A DNA stretch of 64,000 bases, taken from contig CAWAGQ010000011.1 of assembly GCA_963781585.1 (NCBI GenBank), positions 1 to 64,000 of the forward strand, read 5' to 3'. Position numbers and translations under genes: made by a program. The notes under the pieces were generated by a model. That model was not told where the DNA came from. It saw only the letters and a program-made list of their open reading frames with translations, and searched no databases. Positions 53,483 to 64,000 of the stretch are shown here, piece by piece (the stretch's first letter is position 1; every line of letters starts with the position of its first letter). Source of the DNA: an uncultured Gemmatimonadaceae bacterium. GTDB lineage: Bacteria > Gemmatimonadota > Gemmatimonadetes > Gemmatimonadales > Gemmatimonadaceae.

Positions 53483-54585
53483 GAGCCACCTCCACTGCCT
53501 AACGGTTTGTCGAGCAGCTTTCCGACGATCGCGCGGGTCTGCCGGGCGGCTCCCACCACCTGATCGGCCTTCAGTACCCGCAGCAGGTCCACGGTGAGCA
53601 GGAGCGATTTCCGGCGCACGCCGGCGGCGTCGCGCCGCCAGAGCAGGCCGGCGGTCCCGAGCGTCGTGACCCGCACCAGCGGCCCGCGGCCGATGCGGCC
53701 ATCAGCGTCGTACGCCAGCACCCACGACGCACCGAGGTGGTGCTTCCAGCCGCTGAACCACACGGTGAAGCCGCCCGTCTCGATCGACAGCGACTGCTTC
53801 TCCCCGATCCGGTTGTCCCGGCGGGCCACCTCGACGCCGGCGAACGGATGCAGGACCACCAGATCGACTCGCGACGGATGGAATCGAGCCTCGCCCGTCC
53901 GCGCGGTCCAGCCGCGGAGGAGGCGGTTCAGGACCAGCTCGTGCATCAGCTGCCCGGGACCGTTTGCCCGATAGCGTTCCCATTCCCGCGCCAGCTCGCT
54001 GATCTCCGCCAGCGCCCCTGGCACCGTCTCGAAATTGACACCGCCTAACAAGCGACTCACCGAGCGGCCGGCCCAGCAGAGGCCTTCGGCCTCGTCCCGC
54101 TCGAGCGAGTCCGACACGACCAGCCCCAGCGGTCGGGTCGTCGCATCGACCTGGAGAATGCGCCAGGCGCCGTTCATGTCCTGAAAGGGCTCGAACTGCA
54201 GATACTCGTGCTGGTGCAGCGCCGTGGCGCGGGCCGCGAGACTCACCTGCAGCACGCCGGGCAACCGATCGAGCACCTGGCCGAGTGCATCCTGGAACGT
54301 GTGGTCGAGCGCCGTGAACTGCGGTGTCGGTCGGCGGCGTTCGAGACTGTCGAAGGTCGTGGCGATATCGCGCTGGAGCGAGCGGAGCACGTCCATCCAC
54401 TGCCTGGCCGCAATGGTCTCGCCATAGCGGGCCTCGACCCGTGCGGGATGCAGCAGGACCGCCGACGAGGCAGCGCGTGGCGGTCCGGTGTTGCACGCCA
54501 CATCCACCTGCGCAAATGCGCTGCTCGATGCGCCGAGGAACAGCAGGACACCCGCACCGGCACGTCGCGCCGCCCGGGCCATCAT
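53479..54585 (-). CDS. Exported hypothetical protein
   Basis: Signal peptide ending SAFA; ATGA overlaps with both neighbours; beta-strand-rich C-terminal third. Confidence 0.7.
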   Translation of the reverse strand: MMARAARRAGAGVLLFLGASSSAFAQVDVACNTGPPRAASSAVLLHPARVEARYGETIAARQWMDVLRSLQRDIATTFDSLERRRPTPQFTALDHTFQDALGQVLDRLPGVLQVSLAARATALHQHEYLQFEPFQDMNGAWRILQVDATTRPLGLVVSDSLERDEAEGLCWAGRSVSRLLGGVNFETVPGALAEISELAREWERYRANGPGQLMHELVLNRLLRGWTARTGEARFHPSRVDLVVLHPFAGVEVARRDNRIGEKQSLSIETGGFTVWFSGWKHHLGASWVLAYDADGRIGRGPLVRVTTLGTAGLLWRRDAAGVRRKSLLLTVDLLRVLKADQVVGAARQTRAIVGKLLDKPLGSGGGS

Positions 54586-55694
54586 CGGCCGAAGCACGCG
54601 GTGCGTGCCTTCTCGAACGCCTTGAACACGTCAACCATCGCCACCGCAAACTCCACCGGGCCGATGGCATCGCCGCGCCCGTCCCACGCGTCCCTCAGCC
54701 GGTCTGCGTCCTTGCGCAACGCCACCAGCGCCTCTGGACACGGGTCCCCCTTCGCCCTGGCGAAATCCCGCAACGCCTTCTTCTCCGTCGCCGTGTCGAT
54801 GGTGATCCCGCACGCGGCGCGCAGAATGGGAATGTGAACCTGCGGGTGCTTCAGATACGGAACCAGGCCGTGCACGTCGACGAACTTGAGCTGCTCGAGC
54901 TCGACGTCGCGGTAGAACGCCATCGCCGGGTCCCACGATGGACGGAACATGCCGATGTGCGCCACCGGGTCGGCCACGTGATGCGCGTTCAGGAACTGCC
55001 GCACGAACGCCGGTACGCGCGCGTCTCCGGGCGCGCCGATGGGACGCACCGCCGACCCATGCGGGTTCGCGACACTCTGCAGCACCTTGCTGACGTTCGA
55101 GATCGACGCGTACAGCTGAATGTCCATGTTCGCGAAGCCACCGAACTGCTCGGGAGCCGTGAGCAGCTCGGCAAGCGTGTCGTGCAGGACGGAGGTACCC
55201 AGCGAATGGCAGATGAAGCTGCATGGCGGCAACGAACCCGCGCCGTCCGACACCAGCGCCTGCGCAATCTGCTCGCGCAGGTGAGCGCGGATGTCCCGGT
55301 CGAAGAACAGGCGATAGAACAGCACATCCACCGGGCCGTTCCAGAAGAAGGGCGCATCGGTCTTCGAGATGCCGGCGAGCTGGCTGACCCGGCCCGGACC
55401 GAGCTGGGGGAATCGCTTGTCAAACGCTGCGGCCACATTCTTCGATCCGAACTCATCCCACGCGATGAGCTCACGGATGATGATCTCGCAGTAGGACAGG
55501 GGCACGATCCGAACGCCATCGGGCCCGGGTTTGAGCGAGACATCCGCATTCGGGTCGTACTGCCGAGCCAGCGTGCTCAGCAGATCGACCACCGCTTTGG
55601 ACCACGCGGCCGCCGCGGCGGCGGGCTTGTCCGTCGCGTCGTCCGGGGCCCGCTGTCCCACTCCGTGGAGCAGGAAGAGAATACGTCGCGCCAT
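54582..55694 (-). CDS. Alpha/beta-hydrolase-like (lipase-type) hypothetical protein
   Basis: FLLHGVG, nucleophile elbow ICHSLG, candidate Asp (ADPV) and His (DVHG); no signal peptide. Confidence 0.65.
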   Translation of the reverse strand: MARRILFLLHGVGQRAPDDATDKPAAAAAAWSKAVVDLLSTLARQYDPNADVSLKPGPDGVRIVPLSYCEIIIRELIAWDEFGSKNVAAAFDKRFPQLGPGRVSQLAGISKTDAPFFWNGPVDVLFYRLFFDRDIRAHLREQIAQALVSDGAGSLPPCSFICHSLGTSVLHDTLAELLTAPEQFGGFANMDIQLYASISNVSKVLQSVANPHGSAVRPIGAPGDARVPAFVRQFLNAHHVADPVAHIGMFRPSWDPAMAFYRDVELEQLKFVDVHGLVPYLKHPQVHIPILRAACGITIDTATEKKALRDFARAKGDPCPEALVALRKDADRLRDAWDGRGDAIGPVEFAVAMVDVFKAFEKARTACFGR

Positions 55695-55875
55695 GAATAC
55701 CGTCGTTCAGGTGGGCCGCATACGCTAGCGCGGCCGCGTCGGCGGCGCCAACATCGTATGAGAGTTTCCGATACATGCGGTAACCCGTCGGCTCTCGAAG
55801 TGGCCACTCGCGAGCCGGTGAAACCACGCTGACAACCAGGTCGTAGAGCGCTCAGGCACAACCCCGGGGCGCTCC

Positions 55876-58369
55876 ATGCAGGTGCTTCAGCCGCTTCGCC
55901 ACGCCTGGAGATCGCTCCAGCGCACGCCGGCATTCACGCTCACCGCCACCACCACGCTCCTGATCGGCATCGGGGCGGCCGTCGCGACGTTCGCCGTGGT
56001 GAACGGGGTGCTGCTTCGGCCGCTTCCGTACGGCCATCCGGATCGCCTGGTGGGTGCGTGGCACGATCTCGCGCCCCTTGGGCTGAAGCACGTCCAGCAG
56101 ACGTCCGCCACCTACTTCACTTACCAGAAGCTCGCCCGCACCATCGAGGGCATCGGCGTCTACCAGGAGGGCGCGGTGAACGTGGCGCCTCCCGGCGACG
56201 CGTCGCAGCCTCAACGGCTCAGAGCCTCCTGGGTCTCGGCGACGGTGATGTCGGTTCTCGAGGCGCCGCCTGCCAGGGGGCGCGGATTCACGGCGGCGGA
56301 GGACCTTCCGAACGGGCCCGACGTCGTGATCATCAGCGACGCGCTGTGGCACAACGCGTTCGGCGGCGCTCCGCACATTGTGGGCCGCACCATGGACGTG
56401 AACGGGACCACGCGGGAAATCGTGGGCGTGATGCCGCCGACGTTCCGTTTTCCTGCCGCCGAGACGCAGCTGTGGCTTCCGCTGGGTCTTGATCCGGCCA
56501 GTCCGTTCCCCGGCGGGTTCAACTACAACGGCATTGCGCGCCTGAAGCCCGGTGTCACGGTGGCCGCGGCGCAGCGTGATTTCACCGCCGTGCTCCCGCG
56601 GATCGTCGAGCTGTCGCCGAACCTGGCGCCCGGTGTCTCGACCCAGATGCTGCTCGATCAGGCCAAGCCGACTCCGCTGCTGGTGCCGTTTCGACAGGAC
56701 ATCGTGGGCGAGTTCTCGGGGACCCTCTGGACGGTGGCGGCGGCGGCCGGGCTGGTGCTCCTGGTCGCCTGCTTCAATGTCGCGAATCTCATTCTGGTTC
56801 GTGCCGACAGTCGCCAGCGCGAGCTCGCGGTTCGTGAGGCGTTAGGCGCCGGGCGGCTGCGCGTGCTGGCGCACTTCCTGGCCGAGTCGGTCGTGCTGGC
56901 GACGGTGGCCGGTGCTGACGGGCCTGGCGGTGGCCTGGGTGGCGGTGCGGCTGCTGGTAGCGCGCGGCGCGGACGCAGGGCAGGGGGTGTCGATCCCCCG
57001 ACTCGCGGAGCTGGGGATTGACGCCAGGGCGGTGCTGTTCACGCTGGCGCTGGTGGTGCTGGTGGCTGCGGTATGCAGCGTGATCCCGGCGCTCCGCATC
57101 GACCGGGGGCAGCTGGCGACCGCGTTGCGCGAGGGGGGACGCACCGGCACCGCGAGTCGTCTGCAGCACCGCATCCGCGGCGGGCTGGTGGCCGGACAGA
57201 TCGCGCTGGCCCTGGTGGTGCTGTCGGGATCGGGTCTTCTCCTGCGGACGTTCCAGCGCCTGCACGACGTGCATCTGGGGTTCGACCCGGAGCACGTTGC
57301 CACGTTCTGGCTGTCGCTGCCGCGGGCGCGCTACGCGTCCGACACGGCGATCGTCCATTTCTTCTCGGAACTCCGTGCGCGCGTCACGTCATTGCCGGGA
57401 GTCCGCGCAGCGGGACTGTCGTCGCGGCTTCCGCTGCAGGGAAACGGGATGAACCAGAATCCCTTCTACGCTGAGGGCGACGTCTCGGCGGCGTCGAAGA
57501 TTCCGCCGTTGCAGATCTACACCACGGTGGATGACGCGTACTTCCACGCGATGGGGATTCCCTTGCTGGCGGGCCGCGGGTTCGACCGCGCCGATCTCCA
57601 GCGCCCGGACGAAGCGATCGTCAGCCAGCGCACCGCCGAGCAGTTCTGGAAGGACCCCACCGGCCGCGCCGCGTTAGGCAGGCGGTTCCGCGAGCTGCCG
57701 GGCGGGCACTGGCATACGGTGATCGGCGTGGTCGCCAATGCGCGCGACACGGCCATCGCTGCGCTCCCGTCACAGGTCGTGTACTTTCCGGAAGTCATCG
57801 ATCCGGACACCACGTTCAGCCAGACGTACCGCGCGATGGCCCTGGTGGTGCGCACCACGGGCGATCCGATGGCGGTCACCGGGCCGGTACAGCGGCTGGT
57901 GCGGGAGCTCGATCCCACCCTGCCCACGTTCGACATCCGGCCCATGACCGCGGTGGTGAGTGCCTCGGTAGCCCGCCTGTCGTTCATCATGCTCATTCTG
58001 GGCGCCGCCGCGGGGGTGACCCTGCTGCTGGGCGCCGTGGGGCTGTATGGGGTGATGGCGTACCTGGTCACGCTCCGCACCCGCGAACTGGGCGTGCGGA
58101 TCGCGCTGGGTGCGCAGCCGGATGCGGTGGCGACGATGCTCACGCGACAGGGGATGTGGCTGTCGGCGATCGGCATCGGCGGCGGCCTGGCGCTGTTCGT
58201 GGGCGTCGCCCGATTCCTGCGGTCGTTCCTCTACGGGGTGACGCCAACGGACCCGGTCACGCTCGGCGCGGCGTCGCTGATGCTGATGGCGATCGCGGCC
58301 CTGGCCAGCTGGATTCCGGCGCGGCGCGCATCGCGGGTGGACCCCGCGCACACGCTTCGGACGGAGTAA
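55876..58369 (+). CDS. Duplicated MacB/FtsX-type ABC permease (ADOP-like); frameshift near 56910
   Basis: LRHAWRSLQRTPAF, LVACFNVANL..RELAVREALGA, RELGVRIALGA, PARRASRVDP; split between ORFs 55876..57021 and 56912..58369. Confidence 0.85.
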
Positions 58370-58531
58370 GGCTCGCAGTTCTGACGCGGACCCAGCCCGA
58401 CTTCACGCGTCGATTGTCCGCGGGCGCGGGGAGAGGCCCGGCGTGCAGCCAGCCCCGCGGCCGCCGCCGTCGTACGCGGAGCGGGCCTTCCGTCGCTGGA
58501 CAATCGTGACGCCCGCCGCGTGATTGCGCCC

Positions 58532-59473
58532 ATGACTTCCTCAGCCGCCGCTCGCCCCGTCATCGAGGTCAGCGGCTGCCGCAAGACCTACGGCACGCTG
58601 GTCGCGGTCGACGACGTGTCCTTCACGGTGCACGACGGGGAGATCTTCGGCCTGATCGGGCCGAACGGCGCCGGCAAGACGACGACCATGGAATGCGTCG
58701 AAGGGCTCCGCGCCCCCGACCGCGGCGCCATCTCGGTGCTGGGCCTCGATCCGTTCCGCGACGCCTAGCGCGCTGCAGGAGCGGATCGGCGTGCAACTCC
58801 AGCAGGCGCAGCTGCAGAAGCGCATCACGGTGCGCGAGGCCGTGCACCTCTGGGCCGCGCTCTACCGGCGCAAGCCGGCCGACGGCGAGCGGCTGCTCGA
58901 GCAGCTCGGCCTCGCGGAGAAGCGGCACGCCTGGTTCATGACGCTCTCCGGCGGCCAGAAGCAGCGGCTGTTCATCGCGCTCGCGCTGATCAACGACCCG
59001 GAGGTCGTGTTCCTCGACGAACTCACCACCGGGCTCGACCCGCAGGCGCGCCGCGCGATCTGGGAGCTGGTGCGCGGGATCCGCGCCCGCGGCAAGACGG
59101 TCTTCCTGACGACCCACCTGATGGAAGAGGCCGAGCGGCTGTGCGACCGGGTGGCCATCATCGAGCGCGGGCGCATCATCGACATCGACACGCCGGCGCG
59201 GCTGGTGCGCCGCCACTGCCCGGAGCGCAGCGTGGTGCTCGCGACCGGCGACGCCCGGGCCGCCGAGCGCTTCGCGCCGATCGCCGGCGTGACCGGGGTG
59301 GTGCGGCGACGGCGAGCCGCCATCACCATCCGCGGCCGCGGCGACGACCTGGTGACCGAGGTGATCCAGTGCCTCTCCGAGCACCGGATCCGCGTCACCG
59401 ACTTCCGCACCGTGCATCCCGACGCTCGAGGACGTCTTCCTCCGGCTGACCGGGCCACTCCATCCGCGACTAG
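58532..59473 (+). CDS. ABC-2 type transporter ATP-binding protein; frameshifted
   Basis: GPNGAGKTT, LSGGQKQR, FLDELTTGLDP, LTTH; frame breaks near 58765 and 59415; ends EDVFLRLTGHSIRD*. Confidence 0.85.
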
Positions 59474-59482
59474 GCCGGCCGC

Positions 59483-60241
59483 ATGCTGCGGGGACTCTGG
59501 CGACTCACCTGGCTCGAGATCCGGATCTTCGTCCGCGAGCCGCTGGGCGTCATCGGTACGGTGGGGGTGCCGGTCGTCGTCTTCCTGCTGCTGGGCCGGG
59601 TGGCCGGCCGCGACCTGACGCGAGCCGGCGAGCCGGACGTGCGCGGCTTCGTGCAGGTGGGACTCCCGGTCCTGGCGGCGGTGCTCATCACCATCAGCGC
59701 CGTACTGTCGCTGGTGACGATCATCTCGATCTACCGCGAGGGCGGGATCCTCAAGCGGCTGCGCGCCACGCCGCTGCCGCCCGCAGACGATCCTCACCGC
59801 CCACGTGCTGGTGAAGCTGCTGTTCACGGCGATCACCCTGGCCGTCATGGTGCTGGCCGGGAGACGCTACTATCCGGTGGGCGTCGCACGCGCCGCGTGC
59901 TCGCCTTCACCATGGCGCTGCTGATCAGCACGGTGAGCATCATGTCGCTCGGCTTCCTCATCGCCAGCGTGGTGCCCACCGCGCGATTCGCGCAGCCGAT
60001 CGGGGCGGCCATCCTCTATCCGATGGTCGGGCTGTCGGGCCTGTTCGTTCCTGTTGACGCAGCTGCCGCGGGCGCTGCAGGGCGTGGCGCGCGTCGCTGC
60101 CGCTCACCTACGCCGTGTCGCTGCTGGAGGGGATCTGGCGCGGGGGAACCTGGTCCGCGCATCTGGGCGACGTCGGCGGCGCTGGTGGCGACGTTCATCG
60201 TCTTCACCGCGATTTCGGCGCGGGTGTTCCGGTGGGAATGA
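59483..60241 (+). CDS. ABC-2 type permease; internal frameshifts
   Basis: IFVREP, YREGGILKRLRATPL, GLSGLFVP, ARVFRWE; hydrophobic segments switch frames. Confidence 0.8.
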   Translation: MLRGLWRLTWLEIRIFVREPLGVIGTVGVPVVVFLLLGRVAGRDLTRAGEPDVRGFVQVGLPVLAAVLITISAVLSLVTIISIYREGGILKRLRATPLPPADDPHRPRAGEAAVHGDHPGRHGAGRETLLSGGRRTRRVLAFTMALLISTVSIMSLGFLIASVVPTARFAQPIGAAILYPMVGLSGLFVPVDAAAAGAAGRGARRCRSPTPCRCWRGSGAGEPGPRIWATSAALVATFIVFTAISARVFRWE

Positions 60242-60253
60242 GCGTGCGTCCGG

Positions 60254-60949
60254 TCAATCTTCCTTCCATGGATTGGTGGCGAACACGGCGAGTTCCGGCC
60301 AGAGTGCCCGCCGGGGCATCTCGAGGGCCGCCATGATCGTCGCGGCGATATCGTCCGCGAACAGCTTGTTCGGATTGTTCCGGCCGGTGCGGCCGCCGAA
60401 CTCGGTCTGGACCTCGGACGGACAGACGCACACGACGCGAATGCTGTGCGGGCGCAGCTCTGCCTGCCAGCACTGACTGATCCCGCGCACCGCCCACTTG
60501 CTGCCACCGTACGCGGTCGCGCCGGGACCGCCCTTCATGCCGGACGTGGACGCGATGTTGATGATGTCGCCCTCCCCCTGCGCCTTCATCATCGGTACGA
60601 CGCGGTTGGTGATGTCGGTGAGGCCGAAGACATTGACGGCGAACATCGCGCGCATCGCGTCGAGGTCGAGCGCCCCGATCTCCCCGCGGTACGCGTACGC
60701 GGCGTTGTTCACGAGCACGTCGACGCCGCCCATGCGTTCGCGGCACGTGTCCACCGTTCGCGCGTTGTCCTCGCCGCTCGCGACGTCGGCCGTGAGGCCG
60801 TGTGCACCGGTCGCGGCCGCGACGCGCCCGATGCGCTGTACGTCGCGTCCGGTGAACACCACCTGGTGTCCGGCCGCGCGTGCGCGTTGAACCACGGCCG
60901 CGCCGATGCCCTGGCTGCCGCCGGTGACGAGAAAGCGACGGGTCTGCAT
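60254..60949 (-). CDS. SDR family oxidoreductase
   Basis: TGGSQGIG, LVNNAA, NIAS, YGGSK. Confidence 0.9.
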   Translation of the reverse strand: MQTRRFLVTGGSQGIGAAVVQRARAAGHQVVFTGRDVQRIGRVAAATGAHGLTADVASGEDNARTVDTCRERMGGVDVLVNNAAYAYRGEIGALDLDAMRAMFAVNVFGLTDITNRVVPMMKAQGEGDIINIASTSGMKGGPGATAYGGSKWAVRGISQCWQAELRPHSIRVVCVCPSEVQTEFGGRTGRNNPNKLFADDIAATIMAALEMPRRALWPELAVFATNPWKED

Positions 60950-61083
60950 GATCGAAGGGGTTGTGGTGTCGGTCGCGAGGAGGCGAGCGTGGAGACATAC
61001 CTTACTCCGCACGCCGCGCGGACGCGAGCGCGCGCATCCTGACGACCTCTGGACGCACGACTGACGGCGATTCACTCTCTCTC

Positions 61084-62788
61084 ATGCCCACGCGCCGCGA
61101 ATTCGTCGCACAGGCCGCGCTGTCGGCCGTCGGGTTGACGCTGCCGGCGCCCCTCGTGATGCAGCCGGTGGTCCGGCACACCAGGGTCGCGTCGCCGCCT
61201 GGCAGCTTTCTCAATCTGATCCGTTCCCCCGACGCGGTCATGGTACAGACCGGGACCGACTACCTGCCGCTGGCACGCGAAGGCGATGGCCAGTGGTCGA
61301 AGAGCGGGATCGGCGTGACGACGACCGGGCAAAGTGGCGCACTCCAGGTCGTGCTGCGCGCGCCTCACGAGTCGATCAAGCGACTGCATCTGCGGTGGCG
61401 CGGGGCGCTGGACGGGGTGCGTCTTCTGCTCGGCGACGCCTGGGAGCGAGGCTACGGTGATCTCGAATGGCGGGGCTGGGTGCCCGACCGTGTGATGCCG
61501 TGGTACGTGGCGACGTACGATGGATCGCTCACGCATGGGTACGGGGTTCGCACCGGCGCGCGGGCGTTGTGCTACTGGCAGGTCGACCAGCAGGGGATCA
61601 GCCTCTGGACGGACGTGCGGAGCGGCGGCGTCGGCGTCGATCTCGGCGAGCGCGGGCTCGCGGTCTGCGACGTGGTCTGCCGTGCGGGGCGCGAAGGAGA
61701 ATCCGCGTTCGCCGCCGTTCACGCATTCTGCGCTCAGATGTGCGCCAGTCCCCGGCTGCCGGCGCACCCTGTCTATGGAAGCAATGACTGGTACTGGGCC
61801 TACGGGAAGAACAGCGCCGAGTCGGTCATGACCGATGCGCGCCTTATCGTGGAACTGTCGCCGGCGGGCGAGAACCGGCCGTTCGTCGTGATCGACGATG
61901 GCTGGCAACCGGTACGCGGCGCGGACAAGGCGGATCAGGGACGGTGGGATCGCGGCAACGAGAAGTTCCCGGACATGCCCGGGCTGGCTGCCGGGATTCG
62001 TCGTGCCGGCGCGCGCCCCGGCATCTGGATCCGTCCGCTTCAGGCGGCCTCCGACGCGCCCGATTCGTGGCGTCTGCCGCGTGACCGTGGGGTCCTCGAT
62101 CCCACCGTGGCCGGGGTGCGGCAGAAGGTCGCCGATGACATCGCACGGCTCCGGGAGTGGGGGTTCGAGCTGATCAAGCACGACTACACGACGTTCGACA
62201 TCTTCGGCCGGTGGGGTTTTCAGATGGGCGCGGCGCTCACGCGCGACGGGTGGAGGGTTCGCGTCAGGCAGCGATCGCACCACCGCCGAGGTGATCGACG
62301 AGCTGTACGGCTCCATTCGCGGGTCGGCGGGGGAGAGTCTGGTCATCGGCTGCAACACGGTGAGTCATCTCTCGGCGGGGCATTTCGAGATCTGCCGCGT
62401 GGGCGACGACACCAGCGGCACCGATTGGGCGCGGACGCGCAAGATGGGGGTCAACTCGCTTGCGTTCCGCGGACCGCAGCACGGCGCCTTCTACGTGGCC
62501 GATGCCGACTGCGTGGGCGTCACCAGTGCACTGCCGTGGTCGCTCAATCGGCAGTGGCTCGATCTGCTGGCGCGGAGCGGGACCATGCTGTTCGTGTCGC
62601 TCGCTCCCGATGCGTTAGGCACGGAGCAGCGGCGTGACCTGAAGGACGCGCTGGCGCTGGCGGCGATGCCGCACCCGCTCGGCGAGCCGCTCGGCTGGCT
62701 GGGGTCGGTGTACCCGTCGCGGTGGCGGGTGGTGGGCGGCGAGCGGAGGTACGACTGGGTGGGGGCGGATGGGGCGGGGCCGCCGTGA
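61084..62788 (+). CDS. Tat-exported alpha-galactosidase-like glycoside hydrolase (GH27/36 clan); frameshift near 62258
   Basis: TRREFV Tat signal; YGSNDWY, VIDDGWQ, EKFPDM, PGIWIRP, LIKHDY, then IGCNT..RVGDDTSG in the next frame. Confidence 0.75.
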
Positions 62789-63135
62789 GCGAGTGGATAT
62801 GTCCGTCCACGCACTGACGCCGGCGCAAGCCCCTCATCGGCTCTGGAGAACCGGCTAGCAGTTGCCGCGGTTCCTGGCTGGCGATGCGATGAGACTGCGT
62901 GCCGGCACGGTTGAGGTGAGTTTCCTGCGCTGCTGTGGCGGCGCGCCGCCGAATTTGATGCGTTGGAGTAGAGGCCCGCGCGTGATATGTTGGAGCGGGC
63001 AAACTCTGTACGCCGTGCCCGCAACTCGCCAGGGACAGGCGACATGACGTGCTCGTGACGCGCGAGACGTAGTTACCATCGTTTCAACGATTCTCGCTCT
63101 CCGGCGTACGCACGTCCGATCCCACAGTAACTCCC

Positions 63136-63915
63136 ATGGGCCAGCAGTCACGCATCGAGTGGACCAACGCAACGTGGAATCCCGTCACTGGGTGCACGCA
63201 GGTAAGCGCCGGATGCGACCACTGCTACGCCTTGTCGCTCGCACATCGGCGGCTCCGCAGCCTCTACCTTCGACGTAGACCGGTCCACGCTTCGCCCGAA
63301 GCAATTGAGGACCCGTTCGCGGTGCGCCTGTGGCCGGAACGAACTGATGAACCCACGCACTGGCGAACACCGCGAATGGTCTTCGTCAACTCCATGAGCG
63401 ACTTCTTCCACGTCGACATCCCTGAGGGATTTACCCGACGCCTCTTCGAGGTGATGCTGCTCGCCGACCAGCACATCTATCAGATCCTGACCAAGCGACC
63501 CGCGCGCGCCGCACGGTTCTTCCGTCGTAACTCTGACCTGTTCGGTCGCGGTGTGGTGCCGGACCACATCTGGATCGGCACGTCTGTCGAGCTGCAGAGT
63601 GTCTCCCACCGTGTCGAGCAGCTGCGTCTGGTTCCGTGCGAGATTCGCTTCCTCTCCTGTGAGCCGCTTCTCGGTCCGCTCAGTCTCGATCTGAGCGACA
63701 TTCACTGGGTGATCGCGGGGGGCGAAAGCGGCCGAGATTATCGGCGTCTGGAGCTCGACTGGGCGAGATCGATTCGGGATCAGTGCCTCCGTGGGAAGGT
63801 TCCGTTCTTCTTCAAGCAGGTAGGGGGATACACCCCTAAGGCGGGAGGCCGACACTTTGACGGTGTCCAGTGGAACCAGTTTCCGGCCATCGCCCGCCGC
63901 ATGTGGCTCGCGTGA
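63136..63915 (+). CDS. DUF5131 / phage Gp37-Gp68 family protein (three-Cys, radical-SAM-like)
   Basis: SRIEWTNATWNPVTGCTQVSAGCDHCYA (Cx6Cx2C), FVNSMSD, QILTKR, FLSCEPLLG, WVIAGGESG, PFFFKQ. Confidence 0.92.
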   Translation: MGQQSRIEWTNATWNPVTGCTQVSAGCDHCYALSLAHRRLRSLYLRRRPVHASPEAIEDPFAVRLWPERTDEPTHWRTPRMVFVNSMSDFFHVDIPEGFTRRLFEVMLLADQHIYQILTKRPARAARFFRRNSDLFGRGVVPDHIWIGTSVELQSVSHRVEQLRLVPCEIRFLSCEPLLGPLSLDLSDIHWVIAGGESGRDYRRLELDWARSIRDQCLRGKVPFFFKQVGGYTPKAGGRHFDGVQWNQFPAIARRMWLA

Positions 63916-64000
63916 CGAAACCGCGAAGAGAATATCTCATCGAGGCTCCGGACGATGGGTTGCCGGTGCCCGAGGTGGGCCGCTGGGCCGAAGAGAAATA
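63912..64000 (+). CDS. tcmP: Probable three-Cys-motif partner protein TcmP, N-terminus only (runs off window)
   Basis: GTG overlaps the upstream TGA; MTKPRREYLIEAPDDGLPVPEVGRWAEEK, with the DGL..VG.W...K start typical of DUF5131 partners. Confidence 0.65.
   Translation, partial: MTKPRREYLIEAPDDGLPVPEVGRWAEEK

Noticed and set aside
62789..63135. Possible att site or tRNA at the boundary before DUF5131
   Set aside because: No tRNA, integrase or direct repeat visible within the window.
52883..64000. Prophage suggested by the endolysin-like M15 gene and the 'phage Gp37/Gp68' gene
   Set aside because: They are about 10 kb apart with ordinary transporter and metabolic genes between; no capsid, terminase, tail or integrase genes.

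Overview
A high-GC (roughly 68% by eye) bacterial chromosomal segment. The gene content suggests Gemmatimonadota, but this is inference: three Hanks-type Ser/Thr kinases, two duplicated orphan ABC permeases, a carboxypeptidase-like/plug/TonB fusion and many exported peptidases. It holds about 50 genes. These include lipid metabolism (a cls-like PLD, plant/chlamydial-type FabI), a peptide/D-amino-acid scavenging block (M28, D-aminoacylase, M20, GNAT-NSAR/OSBS-M20), an ECF42-type sigma/YciI operon and a NarL regulator amid small envelope/stress genes. Further on are phosphoketolase and acetate kinase, a three-gene hydrolase/secreted protein/peptidoglycan-peptidase operon, ABC transporters and, at the right edge, a DUF5131 (Gp37/Gp68) + TcmP pair. 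I found no rRNA, tRNA, CRISPR array, integrase or transposase. Frameshifts cluster at about 0.4-2.3 kb and 56.9-62.3 kb, probably from sequencing errors. The most striking unexplained signal is a non-palindromic octamer, GCCTAACG/CGTTAGGC. I counted by eye 21 exact and 5 one-mismatch copies on both strands, mostly inside genes, in three codon registers, using codons rare at this GC content (TTA, CTA, CCT). It is a candidate genome-wide DNA signal (uptake-sequence-, Chi- or HIP1-like).
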